A stretch of 64,000 nt of DNA from an uncultured virus (IMG/VR IMGVR_UViG_3300049255_000202) (IMGVR_UViG_3300049255_000202), one strand, 5' to 3'. Counted from the stretch's first letter, positions 31,107 to 41,275 are shown. A program made the numbers and translations. Notes: a model not told the origin generated them from the letters alone.

Positions 31107-32177
31107 ATGACGGAGTTTCACCCGAACGCGGTCATCGAGGGGCCGACCCGGCGCTACCTCGTCAAGGGCGTCCGGTGCCAGGGCGACCTCACGATCCTCT
31201 ACGACGGGACCTACGCGAACGGCGGCGGGGACAACCACGTCGTCATCAAGGTCTCGCGCGACACGGACGACAACGATCTCGTGTGGAACGAGGCGGGCAT
31301 CCTCGGCGCCATCTACCCGCCGGACCAGCCCGAGGGGAAGCTCGACAAATACCTCCCGCGCCTGCTCGACGCCTTCGAGGCCAAGGACGGGCATCGGGTG
31401 AACGTGCTCGCCCGCATTCAAGACTACGTGAGCTTCGAGCAGATCCTGACGGCGTACCCCAAGGGCCTCAACTGGCTCGACGTCGTGTGGATGTACAAGC
31501 GCCTCCTCATCGGGCTCGGGTACGCCCACACCAAGGGCATCATCCACGGCGCCATCATCCCGCCGCACGTGATGGTCCACCCGGTGGAGCACGGCGCCAA
31601 GCTCATCGACTGGAGCTACGCCCTGAACTTCGCTGCACGACTCGCCCCCAAAGCCGTCGAGTGCTGCCACGGGACTCCGGGGTGCAAGGGTGTGGGCGAC
31701 AAGCACTGGTGTGTCGCGGACCCGACGGCGGCCAAGGCTCCCGCCGCATCCAAGCCCCACAAGGCCGCGAACGCCTGGGAGAAGCTCTTGGAGGACGCGG
31801 ACTACGATCCCGATCCCGCGGTGAAGCTCCCGAAGCCGCCGCCCGTGGACCCGAACCGGATGTACGTCCGCGCCATGAGCGTCGATTGGGAGCATTTCTA
31901 CGCCCCCGAGATCCTCGCGAAGGTGCAACCGACACCGGCCACGGACCTCTACATGGCGGCCAAGTGCGTCGTCGCCCTCCTCGGCGGGAACGTGGAGACC
32001 AACCAGATGCCCGACGCGGTTCCGGTGCAGGTCAAGGCGTTCCTCCAGTCGAGTCTCATGCCCGCCATGCGCGCGAGGGCGTTCGATGCGTGGGAGCTGC
32101 ACGACGCCTTCGAGAAGCTCGTCGACACGCTCACCCCGCGCAAGTACCGGCCGTTCACGATGCCGGCGAAGAGCTAG
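31107..32177 (+). CDS. Protein-kinase-fold protein, probably a pseudokinase
   Basis: VVIK, NE, IIHGAIIPPHVM (HGA in place of HxD), LIDWSYA, YAPE, TDLYM; ~80 aa insert after DWSYA. Confidence 0.8.
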   Translation: MTEFHPNAVIEGPTRRYLVKGVRCQGDLTILYDGTYANGGGDNHVVIKVSRDTDDNDLVWNEAGILGAIYPPDQPEGKLDKYLPRLLDAFEAKDGHRVNVLARIQDYVSFEQILTAYPKGLNWLDVVWMYKRLLIGLGYAHTKGIIHGAIIPPHVMVHPVEHGAKLIDWSYALNFAARLAPKAVECCHGTPGCKGVGDKHWCVADPTAAKAPAASKPHKAANAWEKLLEDADYDPDPAVKLPKPPPVDPNRMYVRAMSVDWEHFYAPEILAKVQPTPATDLYMAAKCVVALLGGNVETNQMPDAVPVQVKAFLQSSLMPAMRARAFDAWELHDAFEKLVDTLTPRKYRPFTMPAKS

Positions 32178-32549
32178 CCGTGCCGCTCGACGACGTCGAC
32201 GTCCTCGAAGCCATCGCGAAGGGGTCCTTTCTGGCTGAAGCTGAAGAAGCTCCGCGCCCTCGGGTTCATCGAGGGCCGTATGCCGCCGAAGCTCACGGTC
32301 ACGCCCGACGGGATGGAAGAGATCGAGCGCCGGAAAAAGGCCCTCGGGCCTTCGGCGGTGTAGATCGATACAGTGCCAGACAAGTCGCTGCCCGAGGACA
32401 AGACGAAGAGGAAGGGGTCCGCCACTGTTGCGGTGACCGGGATTCTCGTCGCCTTCGGCTTCCTCTTGATGGAAGACTCTCAAAACGCTTTCATCGCGGC
32501 CATCGCGACCGCAATCTACATCCTGCTCCGGTGCTGACCGGTGTAGAGG

Positions 32550-32831
32550 ATGCGCGCCATGCCCGATTGGAAGGAAGAATTCGAGCGCCAGAAGGACCAG
32601 TTCTCGGACCTCGTGAGGAAGGCGAGCAACGAGGAGCTGATCAACACGCTCAAATTCGGCCAGCTCACGATGAGCAACTGGAAGAACCAAGGCATCGTGC
32701 AGACGCAGGGCGTCGGCAACCTGCTTCCGCCGCAAGTCATGGCGGCGGTTGCTCCCGTGCTCGGGGACGTCGAGATGCCCCAGCCTCCCAAGACGGCGTG
32801 GGACCGTGTGCTAGAGGACGAAGAGGATTAG
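32550..32831 (+). CDS. Small protein with C-terminal W-motif (PKTAWDRVLEDEED*)
   Basis: CGGTGTA at 32539-32545. Confidence 0.65.
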   Translation: MRAMPDWKEEFERQKDQFSDLVRKASNEELINTLKFGQLTMSNWKNQGIVQTQGVGNLLPPQVMAAVAPVLGDVEMPQPPKTAWDRVLEDEED

Positions 32832-32835
32832 CCCC

Positions 32836-33366
32836 GTGGCCTGCATCTGGCACATGACCGTGAATTGCCCGAGCGAGGCGACGGCCCATGCGTTCGCGGA
32901 CCACTTCGACCGTCGCGAGTTCGCCGTCCCGAACGCGGGCGCGGTCGAGCTGTTGGTTGCTGTGGAGCACGTCGAATCCGGCTGGGAGTGCCCCATCATC
33001 CCCTACGTCTGGGAGACGCACGGGGGCGTGCCTCGCAAGGTGCTCCTCAACAAAGAGACCGAGGACATCGACGCTTGCGCGAAGGTGCTCTACGAGCGCC
33101 TCGGGCGCCTCTACAACTACCGCTTCGCCCTCACCGGCTTCGAGGTCGGGGACTGGCGGTCCGCGGGCGCGCTCGTCGACGACCTATCGCCGGGTGGGCT
33201 CTACGAGGAGCAACACATCAAGCAGAAGCTCAAGAACTGGAACGGCCTCGTGATCTCCGAAGCCCTCTGGGAGACCGCCAACATGCCCGATGGGTTCGTC
33301 CCGTTTGGCGCTCAGGCGAGCGGGTACTTCTGGGTCCCGTACACGACCATCGAGGACAGCCGATGA
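32836..33366 (+). CDS. Hypothetical protein
   Basis: Protein-like ORF in a plus-strand run. Confidence 0.6.
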   Translation: MACIWHMTVNCPSEATAHAFADHFDRREFAVPNAGAVELLVAVEHVESGWECPIIPYVWETHGGVPRKVLLNKETEDIDACAKVLYERLGRLYNYRFALTGFEVGDWRSAGALVDDLSPGGLYEEQHIKQKLKNWNGLVISEALWETANMPDGFVPFGAQASGYFWVPYTTIEDSR

Positions 33367-33978
33367 AGCCTCGGGTCTTTCCGATCTTCAACGACAAGCT
33401 CTTGAAGCTCGTCATGCAGTCGCTGGCGAAGGCCGCGCGTGAGAACCAGCTCGAAGAGATGGGCCACTACTCGAAGTCCCTCGCCGAAGCGGAAGCGCGC
33501 TACATGCCGAAGGCCAAGGAGCTGCTATCATCTCCGTCACGGCGAGCATCGACGCCTTCGAGGAACCGAAATGCTGGCACCTCTCGATGTGCCTCATCGA
33601 CGGACCCCCGCCGCCGAAGCGGGCGCCTGACCACCTCGCCCACCGGATCTGCAAGGCGTTCTTCCAAGGGGAGTACACGGAGGGGCCTCCCGAGGGCCTC
33701 TTCACGGACGTGCGTCATTTCCGGGCGCCATGGAGGCCGTCGTGAGCGAAGCCCGCGTTCTGGAACTGCGGAATTATGAGTTCGTTCCGGACCAGTGCCG
33801 GCGCCTCCTGGCAGGGCTCAAAAAGACCTTTCCAAACGCGACCTTCCGCATCGATCTCGAACGCGAAAAGTGCGTCTACGCCCGAGGCGCAGGCGACCCG
33901 ACCAACATCGATCGGATCAGGTACTTTTGCGATGGGTTCCGCGCGGGAACCTAGCGCTTTCGGTGTATGTTCTTCACC

Positions 33979-34494
33979 ATGACCGAGAAGAACCAACTCA
34001 CCGAAATGCTCGTCGCCGCCGCAACTCTTCTGGGGATCGACCGGGCCATCCAGATCCTCGAATCCGAGCGGAGCGTCGTGAAGTCGGCCCTCCATGGGGT
34101 GCGCGGCGCCGTCCAGAGGATGACCGTGGGCGACTTGGCTCATGCCGTCCGTGAGCCCGTGACGGAAAGAGCGAAGCCCGTCCGTCGCCGTCGTCCCTCG
34201 CACCGGGTCAAGCGTGCTCCGGCCGTTCACGCGAACCGCGTGACGAACGGGGTCAACGGGTCAAGGCATGCGGACAAGGTTCGCGACGCGCTCCGGCTCC
34301 GCAACGCGCTCAAGAGCGAGCTGGCTCACGGCCCGCGGCCCATCGGCAAGCTCGTCGCCGGTCTCAAGCGCGCCGGGCTCGTCAAGGACGTCACGCCCGA
34401 GGTTCGCGCCGAGGTGAAGAAGTTCCTCTCGACCGACAAGACGTTCTCCATCCGCGCGACTGGGATCTACGCGCTCCGTTCGCGCTCGGTGTAG
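33979..34494 (+). CDS. Basic hypothetical protein (possibly nucleic-acid binding)
   Basis: ATG 11 nt after CGGTGTA; its stop lies within the next CGGTGTAG. Confidence 0.6.
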   Translation: MTEKNQLTEMLVAAATLLGIDRAIQILESERSVVKSALHGVRGAVQRMTVGDLAHAVREPVTERAKPVRRRRPSHRVKRAPAVHANRVTNGVNGSRHADKVRDALRLRNALKSELAHGPRPIGKLVAGLKRAGLVKDVTPEVRAEVKKFLSTDKTFSIRATGIYALRSRSV

Positions 34495-34503
34495 GACGCC
34501 CTC

Positions 34504-35024
34504 ATGGTGTCGAGATCGAACGGCGGTTCCGCGTCAACGTCGAACGCCTCTCCCCGAACGGGGAGGACGGCAAGCATTTGCCGCAGGGGAAGTACATCGA
34601 GCAGGCGTACCTCTCGAAGGACCCGAGCATTCGCGTCCGGCGCACGGCTCGCGACGAGCATCCGAACTTCCTCTACTACGCGCACGCCGAGATGACGGTC
34701 AAAAAAAGCGACGGGACGCTCGTGCGAGACGAGATCAACATCCCGCTCGACCTCGACAAGGCGTCGGACCTGGTGAAGCTCGCCAAACTCGGGACCATCC
34801 GCAAGGTCCGCTACGTCCTCTTGGTTCACGGCGACAAGTGGGAAGTGGACAAGTTCATGGGGGCTCACGAGGGCCTGTGGCTCGCGGAGCACGAACTCGC
34901 GGGTCCGGATGAGTCGTTCTCACGTCCTCCGTGGCTCGGTCGCGAGGTCACGGAAGACAAGCGCTACTCGAACCTATCGCTCGCGTGCAACTCCGAGCGC
35001 CTCTGGGAGAGCGAGCCGGTGTAG
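34504..35024 (+). CDS. CYTH-domain (triphosphate tunnel) protein, apparent 1-nt deletion just after ATG
   Basis: EIERRF, IEQAYL, SIRVR, IRKVRY, WEVDKFMGAHEGLWLAEHEL, PPWLGREVTEDKRYSN. The ATG at 34504 is one base out of frame with EIERRF. Confidence 0.85.
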
Positions 35025-35318
35025 TTCATCCTTCGTGCCCTCGTTCACGATCGAGATGCTGGTGGGACTGCCGCGTATGCGGGCAGCACCTCAACCGCGG
35101 GCTCCAGAGGCATTGTCGAAACTGAGGGCATCCAAAGGACGACGGTGACGCCGAGTACATGCCCGACAACGTGTCGGTGCGCGACGCCCTCGACGCCGAG
35201 AAAGATTCCCTTCCCCGACGAGGGTGGCGGTCCTTCCGAACCGCCGCTAGGCCCCGGCAAAGACGTGCTTCGTCCTCACGGGGACGAGCCCGAGGAACGA
35301 TGAACAGGAGAAGACCAA

Positions 35319-35540
35319 ATGGGATTCACAGCAGAGAAGCCGGACGTGAAGTGCATGCTGCCGAAGGGCGACGCGACGAAGCTCGTCGAGACGCTCACGA
35401 AGAACCGCGACGCCGTGGCGAAGGCCCAAGTCGATTTCCTCGACCAGACCATCGCCGTCGTCCAGAGCGCGCTGAAGGCGGCGTCCGAGGCCGAGAACGG
35501 CACGAGCAAGCCGGCCGAGACCACGACCGCGACGACCTGA
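35319..35540 (+). CDS. Small hypothetical protein
   Basis: AGGAG SD; protein-like codons. Confidence 0.6.
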   Translation: MGFTAEKPDVKCMLPKGDATKLVETLTKNRDAVAKAQVDFLDQTIAVVQSALKAASEAENGTSKPAETTTATT

Positions 35541-35999
35541 GCTTCGGGGGGACGACAGCCGGATAGGCGGGCGACCCTTTCAGCCCCGAAGCGGGTCGCT
35601 CGTAACCCGGTGCGGGTTCTAACTCTTGCCGGCCGGAGGCCCCCGGAGAGACCGGCGCTTACTTCTTCGCCTTCTTTTTGGCCTTCGCCTTCTTCGTCTT
35701 CGGGGGCGCTGCGGCTAGCAGCCCGACCGGGTAAGGCTCGACCTCGATAGGCGTCGACTCGACCGGCCCGCCGGGCGGGTACTCCACCTTATGGTCGCTG
35801 ACGAAGGCGTTCTCGTACACGGTGTCGCCCGGCTGGGCGAGTTTCTGCCCCTCCCCGGCGGACACCCACAGCATCATGTAGTTTCGCCCGTTCTCGTGCC
35901 GGACGACCGAAAAGGCAAACTTGTCCTCGGTCTCGTAGTGACCGGGCTCGAGCGGTGTCGGACGAAGAATGAGGTCGCGGAAACCCGTTTCCACGTTGC

Positions 36000-36644
36000 T
36001 CACCGCTTGACGCGAACGCCGACGACGGGACCGTGGACCATGATGCCGACGTGGCTCTCGACAGCTCCGGGCCACGGGACGAGGTTGCCGCTCTCGTCCT
36101 CCATCATCATCACGGGACCAGGGCGCTTGCGCTGGTCGACCACGACGTGCCCGACGTACTTCGGCTCCGACACGCCGAAGAGAACGTCGTCGGGCATGGC
36201 CCCGTGGCCGTAGTCGTAGACGACCTCGTGGATGTACTGCTTGAGGCTCTCGGCGGTCTTCTTGTTCGCGATCAGGGCGCGCAGAGGCTTGCGGCCGAGG
36301 CGCTCGCCGAGGAACGGAATGACCTGGTTGGGCGAGACCTGGCGATGGCCGGCTTCGTTCGCGTGATTGGCGGCGGCTTCGAGGACCGCATGGAACCGGT
36401 CCTGAATCGCCCCTTCGATGTGCTCGGGTGCCCCCGCGTACCGAGCGACGCGGGAGGGCTTCTGAACGGCGATGTTCTCACCCTCGTCCCCGATCACAAA
36501 CACGATTTGGTCCGGGGCTTTCTTGAAGACGCAGAGAGTGGCCGAGTCCATCTCGACGGTGCCTTCCTCGAGCGCCGCTGATTCGTCGGCGGACGTGAAG
36601 TTCGAGTGAACGAAGAGTTCGCGCAGGTTTTTGCGGATGTCCAT
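36000..36644 (-). CDS. Hypothetical protein
   Basis: GAGG SD; divergent CGGTGTA pair at 36666-36682. Confidence 0.65.
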   Translation of the reverse strand: MDIRKNLRELFVHSNFTSADESAALEEGTVEMDSATLCVFKKAPDQIVFVIGDEGENIAVQKPSRVARYAGAPEHIEGAIQDRFHAVLEAAANHANEAGHRQVSPNQVIPFLGERLGRKPLRALIANKKTAESLKQYIHEVVYDYGHGAMPDDVLFGVSEPKYVGHVVVDQRKRPGPVMMMEDESGNLVPWPGAVESHVGIMVHGPVVGVRVKR

Positions 36645-36881
36645 GACCACCTCTCGGCCCAAGCATACACCGCGACGGTGTACGGCTTGAGGTATGGCTC
36701 GGGCGATGCGTTGTGGGACGTGCGGACGGTTCGGGCACTCGGGAACTTGCCCATGGTGCGGCCGCGGCCGGTGGAACGACGGCGTAGTGCTTCTCCGTGT
36801 CCCCTTCCAGCCAAACTACAAGCTCATTCGTGAATCTTTGGCCCGAGCCGACGCCCGAGGATCTGGTGTAGAAACTGGCCC

Positions 36882-37249
36882 ATGGACAACGAAGGCCCTA
36901 CGGCCGACGCCCAAGAGGCGGCGGTCGAAGCGGAAGCGCGTGCCCTCGAAGCCGTCACGCCGTCACGGACCTCATCGTCTTCACCCTGAAAGAAGGGAAA
37001 GCCGGGCGGTTTCCCGAGGCCAAGCGGCTTTGCGAGGTCGCTCAGTCCCTCTTGAAAGCTCGGTCGCGACGGGCCGGGGACTTCCAAGAGGAACCGGAAC
37101 TGGGGCCCGTCGACCGGAACTACTACGTGCGGGCGGTCCAGCAGGCGCTCAACGCGACCAACACCTTCACGGTCACGACCGCGGGCACGGGGACCGCCAT
37201 CACGGCGAACCCCATCATCTACACGACTGGCACCGGGAACATCATCTGA
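36882..37249 (+). pseudogene. Frameshifted paralog of downstream gene
   Basis: 8-nt duplication GCCGTCAC (36951-36966) shifts the frame; RFPEAKRLCEVAQSLL matches RFEEAKKLCDIAQNIL in the next gene. Confidence 0.55.
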
Positions 37250-37251
37250 CC

Positions 37252-38052
37252 ATGGAAGCTCAAGACCCCGTTCTGGAGTCCTTCGACAACGCCCTCGCAG
37301 CCATGACGTCCGTCATCGTCGCGACCGTGCGGGGCACGAACTCCAATCGCTTCGAGGAAGCGAAGAAGCTGTGCGACATCGCCCAGAACATCCTCCAGGC
37401 CAAGGGCCGGGCGACGGTACCGCCGAAGAATGCACCCGCCCCGGTCGCGGTCCAAGAGCATCAGGACCAGATGGCGAACCCCGTCGTGAACGGGATCGTC
37501 GCGAACGCCAACGTCTACCAGCCGGTGAACATGAACATGGTGGATACGCCGGATGGGCGACGGGTGAACGTGGCCCATCCCCCGCCGGGCGGCCTTCTCT
37601 TCGACGCCCAAGGGCGGCTCGTCGACGAGCACGGCCTGGTCTTCACCGGGCCTCTCGACACCAACGCCCTCATGCGCCACATGCTCATGGCGTTCGGACC
37701 GCACGCGCAGACGGGGGCGGAGGCCAACCGGGCTCGCGTCGCGGTGGACGAAGCCGTGGAGCTTCAGGCACTCCAGAACATCATCGAGCGCGCCGAGCCG
37801 GCGACCCGCCAGGTGCTCGAACGCCGCATCGCCCAGCTCACGACCAACATGGAGAGAAGATCGAATGCAAACGGCACGAAAGCCCTTCCAGTGGTTCCTC
37901 CCGACGATCAACGGGGACATCCGCCTGACGCGGGTGGAGCCGAAGCTGACGATGCTGCACGCCTACGAGCTGACGCCTTCGGAAACGCAGGCGATGGCGA
38001 ACCTCCGCGAGCGCGCCCTGTCGAGCAAGTGGGGGCGGACGCCGTGGTGTGA
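37252..38052 (+). CDS. Hypothetical protein
   Basis: Starts MEAQDPV; 3' end overlaps the next ORF. Confidence 0.6.
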   Translation: MEAQDPVLESFDNALAAMTSVIVATVRGTNSNRFEEAKKLCDIAQNILQAKGRATVPPKNAPAPVAVQEHQDQMANPVVNGIVANANVYQPVNMNMVDTPDGRRVNVAHPPPGGLLFDAQGRLVDEHGLVFTGPLDTNALMRHMLMAFGPHAQTGAEANRARVAVDEAVELQALQNIIERAEPATRQVLERRIAQLTTNMERRSNANGTKALPVVPPDDQRGHPPDAGGAEADDAARLRADAFGNAGDGEPPRARPVEQVGADAVV

Positions 38053-38692
38053 GGAGGCGGCCTTCCTGCCGATCACCCACGCGACCTACCGCACGGCAGA
38101 GGGCATCGTCCTTCACCTCCGCGCCTCGATCGAGGACGTTCAGGAGTGCCTCGCCAAGGCGCTCAAGCCGAGGCGGTCTCTCGTCACCGGGGTCCGCTTC
38201 TCGAACGGGCACATCGAGGAGGCCATCGGCACGAATCCCTCGGATTCGCGCGTCTCGATCCCGCCCGACGAGCCCGTGGACGCGGCGTGGGACGACGTGC
38301 ATCCGGCTCGCGTGGCCGAGGCCGCGGCGACCGTGGCGGCCCCCGTGGTGGGATGCCCCATGCCCGAGTTCCAAGCCGCCGAGGTTCGCGCCTCCTACGT
38401 CTTGGAGCAGTTCCTCACGCCCGACCAGGTCGAGGACTACCGCCGTTACGGGTGCTTCGTCACCGTGGGGCACGACACGGGCCGCCGCTACATGGTCATT
38501 CACCGCGAGCGTCCGGACATGCTCCGCAAGTACAAGGGCCGGCAGCTCTACGACCTCGAAGCAAACCACGCCTTGTGCGTCCACGACTGGGAGGTACCCC
38601 CTCCCGAGGAAATGCTCGCCCTCCACCTGTGCGTGAGCCTCCCCGGCCGCGAGAACTACATCCGCCACCTCCCTGAGACATGGCATGGATGA
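37865..38692 (+). CDS. Hypothetical protein
   Basis: 275 aa ORF with protein-like composition. Confidence 0.65.
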   Translation: MQTARKPFQWFLPTINGDIRLTRVEPKLTMLHAYELTPSETQAMANLRERALSSKWGRTPWCEEAAFLPITHATYRTAEGIVLHLRASIEDVQECLAKALKPRRSLVTGVRFSNGHIEEAIGTNPSDSRVSIPPDEPVDAAWDDVHPARVAEAAATVAAPVVGCPMPEFQAAEVRASYVLEQFLTPDQVEDYRRYGCFVTVGHDTGRRYMVIHRERPDMLRKYKGRQLYDLEANHALCVHDWEVPPPEEMLALHLCVSLPGRENYIRHLPETWHG

Positions 38693-38977
38693 GGGTTCAT
38701 CTATGTCCACTGAGGATGTGGGCCACTACTGCAAAGAGTACGACGACAACTGTGAGGGTTGTCAGCCCGCGATCATGGACCCTCGCACGGGGCGACGTCT
38801 TCCATCCGACAGCCCCGAAATGATCATGGTGCGGGCCTTCTGGAAGAACGTGCCTCTCGTCCAGAAGCAGGCGTGTCACCGCGTGTGGTGCTTCAACAGC
38901 CGGGACCCTCGCGACCTCGCCGTCATGTCCGAAGTCGCCGAGGGCATCGGCGACGCACTTCAGCGCGCATCGAACTG

Positions 38978-39385
38978 ATGCACACAAGCACGGGCATCCT
39001 CCGCTACAGCGTTGAGGAGCGGGTCGGTCACAAACTCATCGTCGAGATCGATCCCGGCATCGCGGAGACCTATAGGGCGCTCGTCCCGAAATACGTGAGG
39101 CTCCAGCGGCCGAGGTTCGCGCCGCACATCAGCGTCATCCGCAAGGAGCGCATCCCCGAGGACAAGCTCCACCTATGGGGAGCCCACGATGGCAAGCCGG
39201 TCGAGTTCTCCTACGACCCGACCATCTACAACGACGAACTGTACTACTGGCTCAGGGTCTACAGCGCCGCCCTCAAAGCGGTCCGCAAAGAGCTGGGCCT
39301 CGACGAACTCTCGGAGCTTGCACGGCCGCCCGATCTGCACGACTGTTTTCACACGACGATCGGCAATACGAAAGGGACACCATGA
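38978..39385 (+). CDS. 2H phosphoesterase family protein
   Basis: Two HxS/T motifs, PHISVI and FHTTIG; TGATG coupling. Confidence 0.7.
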   Translation: MHTSTGILRYSVEERVGHKLIVEIDPGIAETYRALVPKYVRLQRPRFAPHISVIRKERIPEDKLHLWGAHDGKPVEFSYDPTIYNDELYYWLRVYSAALKAVRKELGLDELSELARPPDLHDCFHTTIGNTKGTP

Positions 39386-40257
39386 TCCGAGCGGTGGCGA
39401 CGAAGGCGGACGGGACGAAGCTGCTCATCTTGGGCGTCGACGACGAGAACGTGAAGCGGCTCACTTCGGGACAGCCCATCCACGTCGAGGGTGCCGACGT
39501 CGGGATTCCCGGTGTCGACGTGGTCGTCATGCACGGGCACACGATGCAGGCCTTTTCGCTCCGTGGACCGAGGGCCGCCCTGAGGGGTGGAGGTGCGACG
39601 ATCGCACGAGAGAACTTGTGACCTTGGGTATTTGGTTGCGCGAGCAACTGACCGCGCACGGGGTACCCGACCAAGACCGCAGGCAGACCGAATGGGCGTT
39701 CAACCGAAAAAGCCGGGCCGAGGACAACCTGTACGCGCTCGTCTCCAGGCTGTTGACGGACGCGCTGGCCGGCAAGATCGACACGTACCGCGGGCGTTGG
39801 TCATCGAAGCCTCTTGCTCTCATCCCGAGGGAGCTTCTCCCAGAGGCGCTCGGAGCGTCAGCGTGAAGGTCTCGTCGCATGTCGCGCAGCGGATGCACAG
39901 CTCTCTCCACGGCGGACCGTTGCTCCACACGATGTCCCCGTGGCCCGTGCGGATCGCGTGGTCGACGATCTGTCGCAACCACACGTGGGACGTCTGGCAG
40001 TTGATCTCGGGCACGTCAGCCCTCGACGCGCGGACTCAGCCCGTGGAACGCCTCTTCGAGGTACTCTTTGACGAGCCTCTCTTCGTGGCTGTTGAGATCG
40101 CGGCCGTCCACGCGAACGTCGAGCAGGAACCCACCGCCGGGTCCAATCCGCACCTGGCACTCGACGCGATGCGGATCGACGCTCAGCCGCTGCGAGATTC
40201 CGATGAGGTACTCGTTGCTGTACGGGTTCGCGTTCCCCTTGTAGTTGCGGTGACCTC

Positions 40258-40602
40258 TCATGCTTCGATCAGGACGGAGTCGGTTCCGGCCTCTCCCTCA
40301 ATGTCGGCGTCGAAGTTCTCGGCTTCGCGATGATAGTAGCCCGGCGTGACGTTGTGCGCCTCGCGGAAGGCGTACTTGCCCGAGTGGACGATGACGCGCG
40401 AGTTTGGATCGCAGTTCGCGAGAATTTCCACGATGGTATGATTTGGCCCGACCTGCTGGTAGCTCGTCACCGGCTTGCAGTCGCAGAGGCGTTGGATGAT
40501 GACGCCCGGCGGCTTGAGCGGGTGCTGGATGTTCCGGTACTCCGCGCCGCACGCCGAACAGTGAGTCGGCGGCGGTTCGATGTGGATCGTCACGTCAGCC
40601 AC
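40258..40602 (-). CDS. Hypothetical protein
   Basis: GTG 10 nt from CGGTGTA (40613-40619). Confidence 0.5.
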   Translation of the reverse strand: MADVTIHIEPPPTHCSACGAEYRNIQHPLKPPGVIIQRLCDCKPVTSYQQVGPNHTIVEILANCDPNSRVIVHSGKYAFREAHNVTPGYYHREAENFDADIEGEAGTDSVLIEA

Positions 40603-40611
40603 GGCCGTAGC

Positions 40612-40848
40612 CTACACCGGGAGAGGGAGATGCTCCCAGAACGTCGGCTTCGGCTCGATCTTGCCGCACTCGGAGCACGGCTCGCCGGCCTTCACGTTGA
40701 CGGGGCCTCCGACGCGCCAGCATCGGATGGAGCACGGAATCTCTCGCGTCATCAGAAACTGCTGAGCCTTCGTCAGCGAGTCCCACTCGATCCCGTGACG
40801 CTCCAGAAAGGAGCCCAGCCATTCACGAGCTTTGAGATCGTCGGCCAT
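40612..40848 (-). CDS. Small zinc-finger protein ending KPTFWEHLPLPV*
   Basis: Cys pairs; C-terminal W-motif; stop embedded in CGGTGTAG. Confidence 0.6.
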   Translation of the reverse strand: MADDLKAREWLGSFLERHGIEWDSLTKAQQFLMTREIPCSIRCWRVGGPVNVKAGEPCSECGKIEPKPTFWEHLPLPV

Positions 40849-41275
40849 CGGGTCCCGAGGAACTTGCCCACGATGACGAGGCAGTTGTGCCGTCGGGCAC
40901 GTAGGCGAGAAGCTCGCGTCGGACCATCACCTCGAACAGACGCGGCGTCCCACACATGCTCCCGTCCGTGTTCTTTCCGAGGTACGCGACGATGCCCGCG
41001 GTGGTCACGAGCGGGAACAGGTTGACGTCGTGGTTGATCGGCCACGAGAGAAACGCGATGTCGAGGCGACGATTGATGTTCGCGAAGTAGTCCTGCTTGT
41101 AGTGCAGGTGCTTCGGCCACGGACGGGGCTTCGGCCTCGGCTCCTTGTCGATCGCGTAGACCTCTCGGGCTCCGAGGATGAGCAGTTCACGCGAAAGCTC
41201 CAGGTCCCCGGCCCCGAGGTCGTGGACGATCTTGCCCTTCACGACGTTGGCGAGGGCCTTGCGCGTCCATACCAC
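40823..41275 (-). CDS. SAM-dependent methyltransferase-like protein
   Basis: VHDLGAG motif I, VYAID motif II, FLSWP. Confidence 0.65.
   Translation of the reverse strand: MVWTRKALANVVKGKIVHDLGAGDLELSRELLILGAREVYAIDKEPRPKPRPWPKHLHYKQDYFANINRRLDIAFLSWPINHDVNLFPLVTTAGIVAYLGKNTDGSMCGTPRLFEVMVRRELLAYVPDGTTASSSWASSSGPDGRRSQSS

Noticed and set aside
35541..35660. tRNA-like element (GCGGGTTCTAACTC resembles a T-arm)
   Set aside because: I could not build a cloverleaf; only a GGGCGACCC/GGGTCGCTC hairpin is evident.
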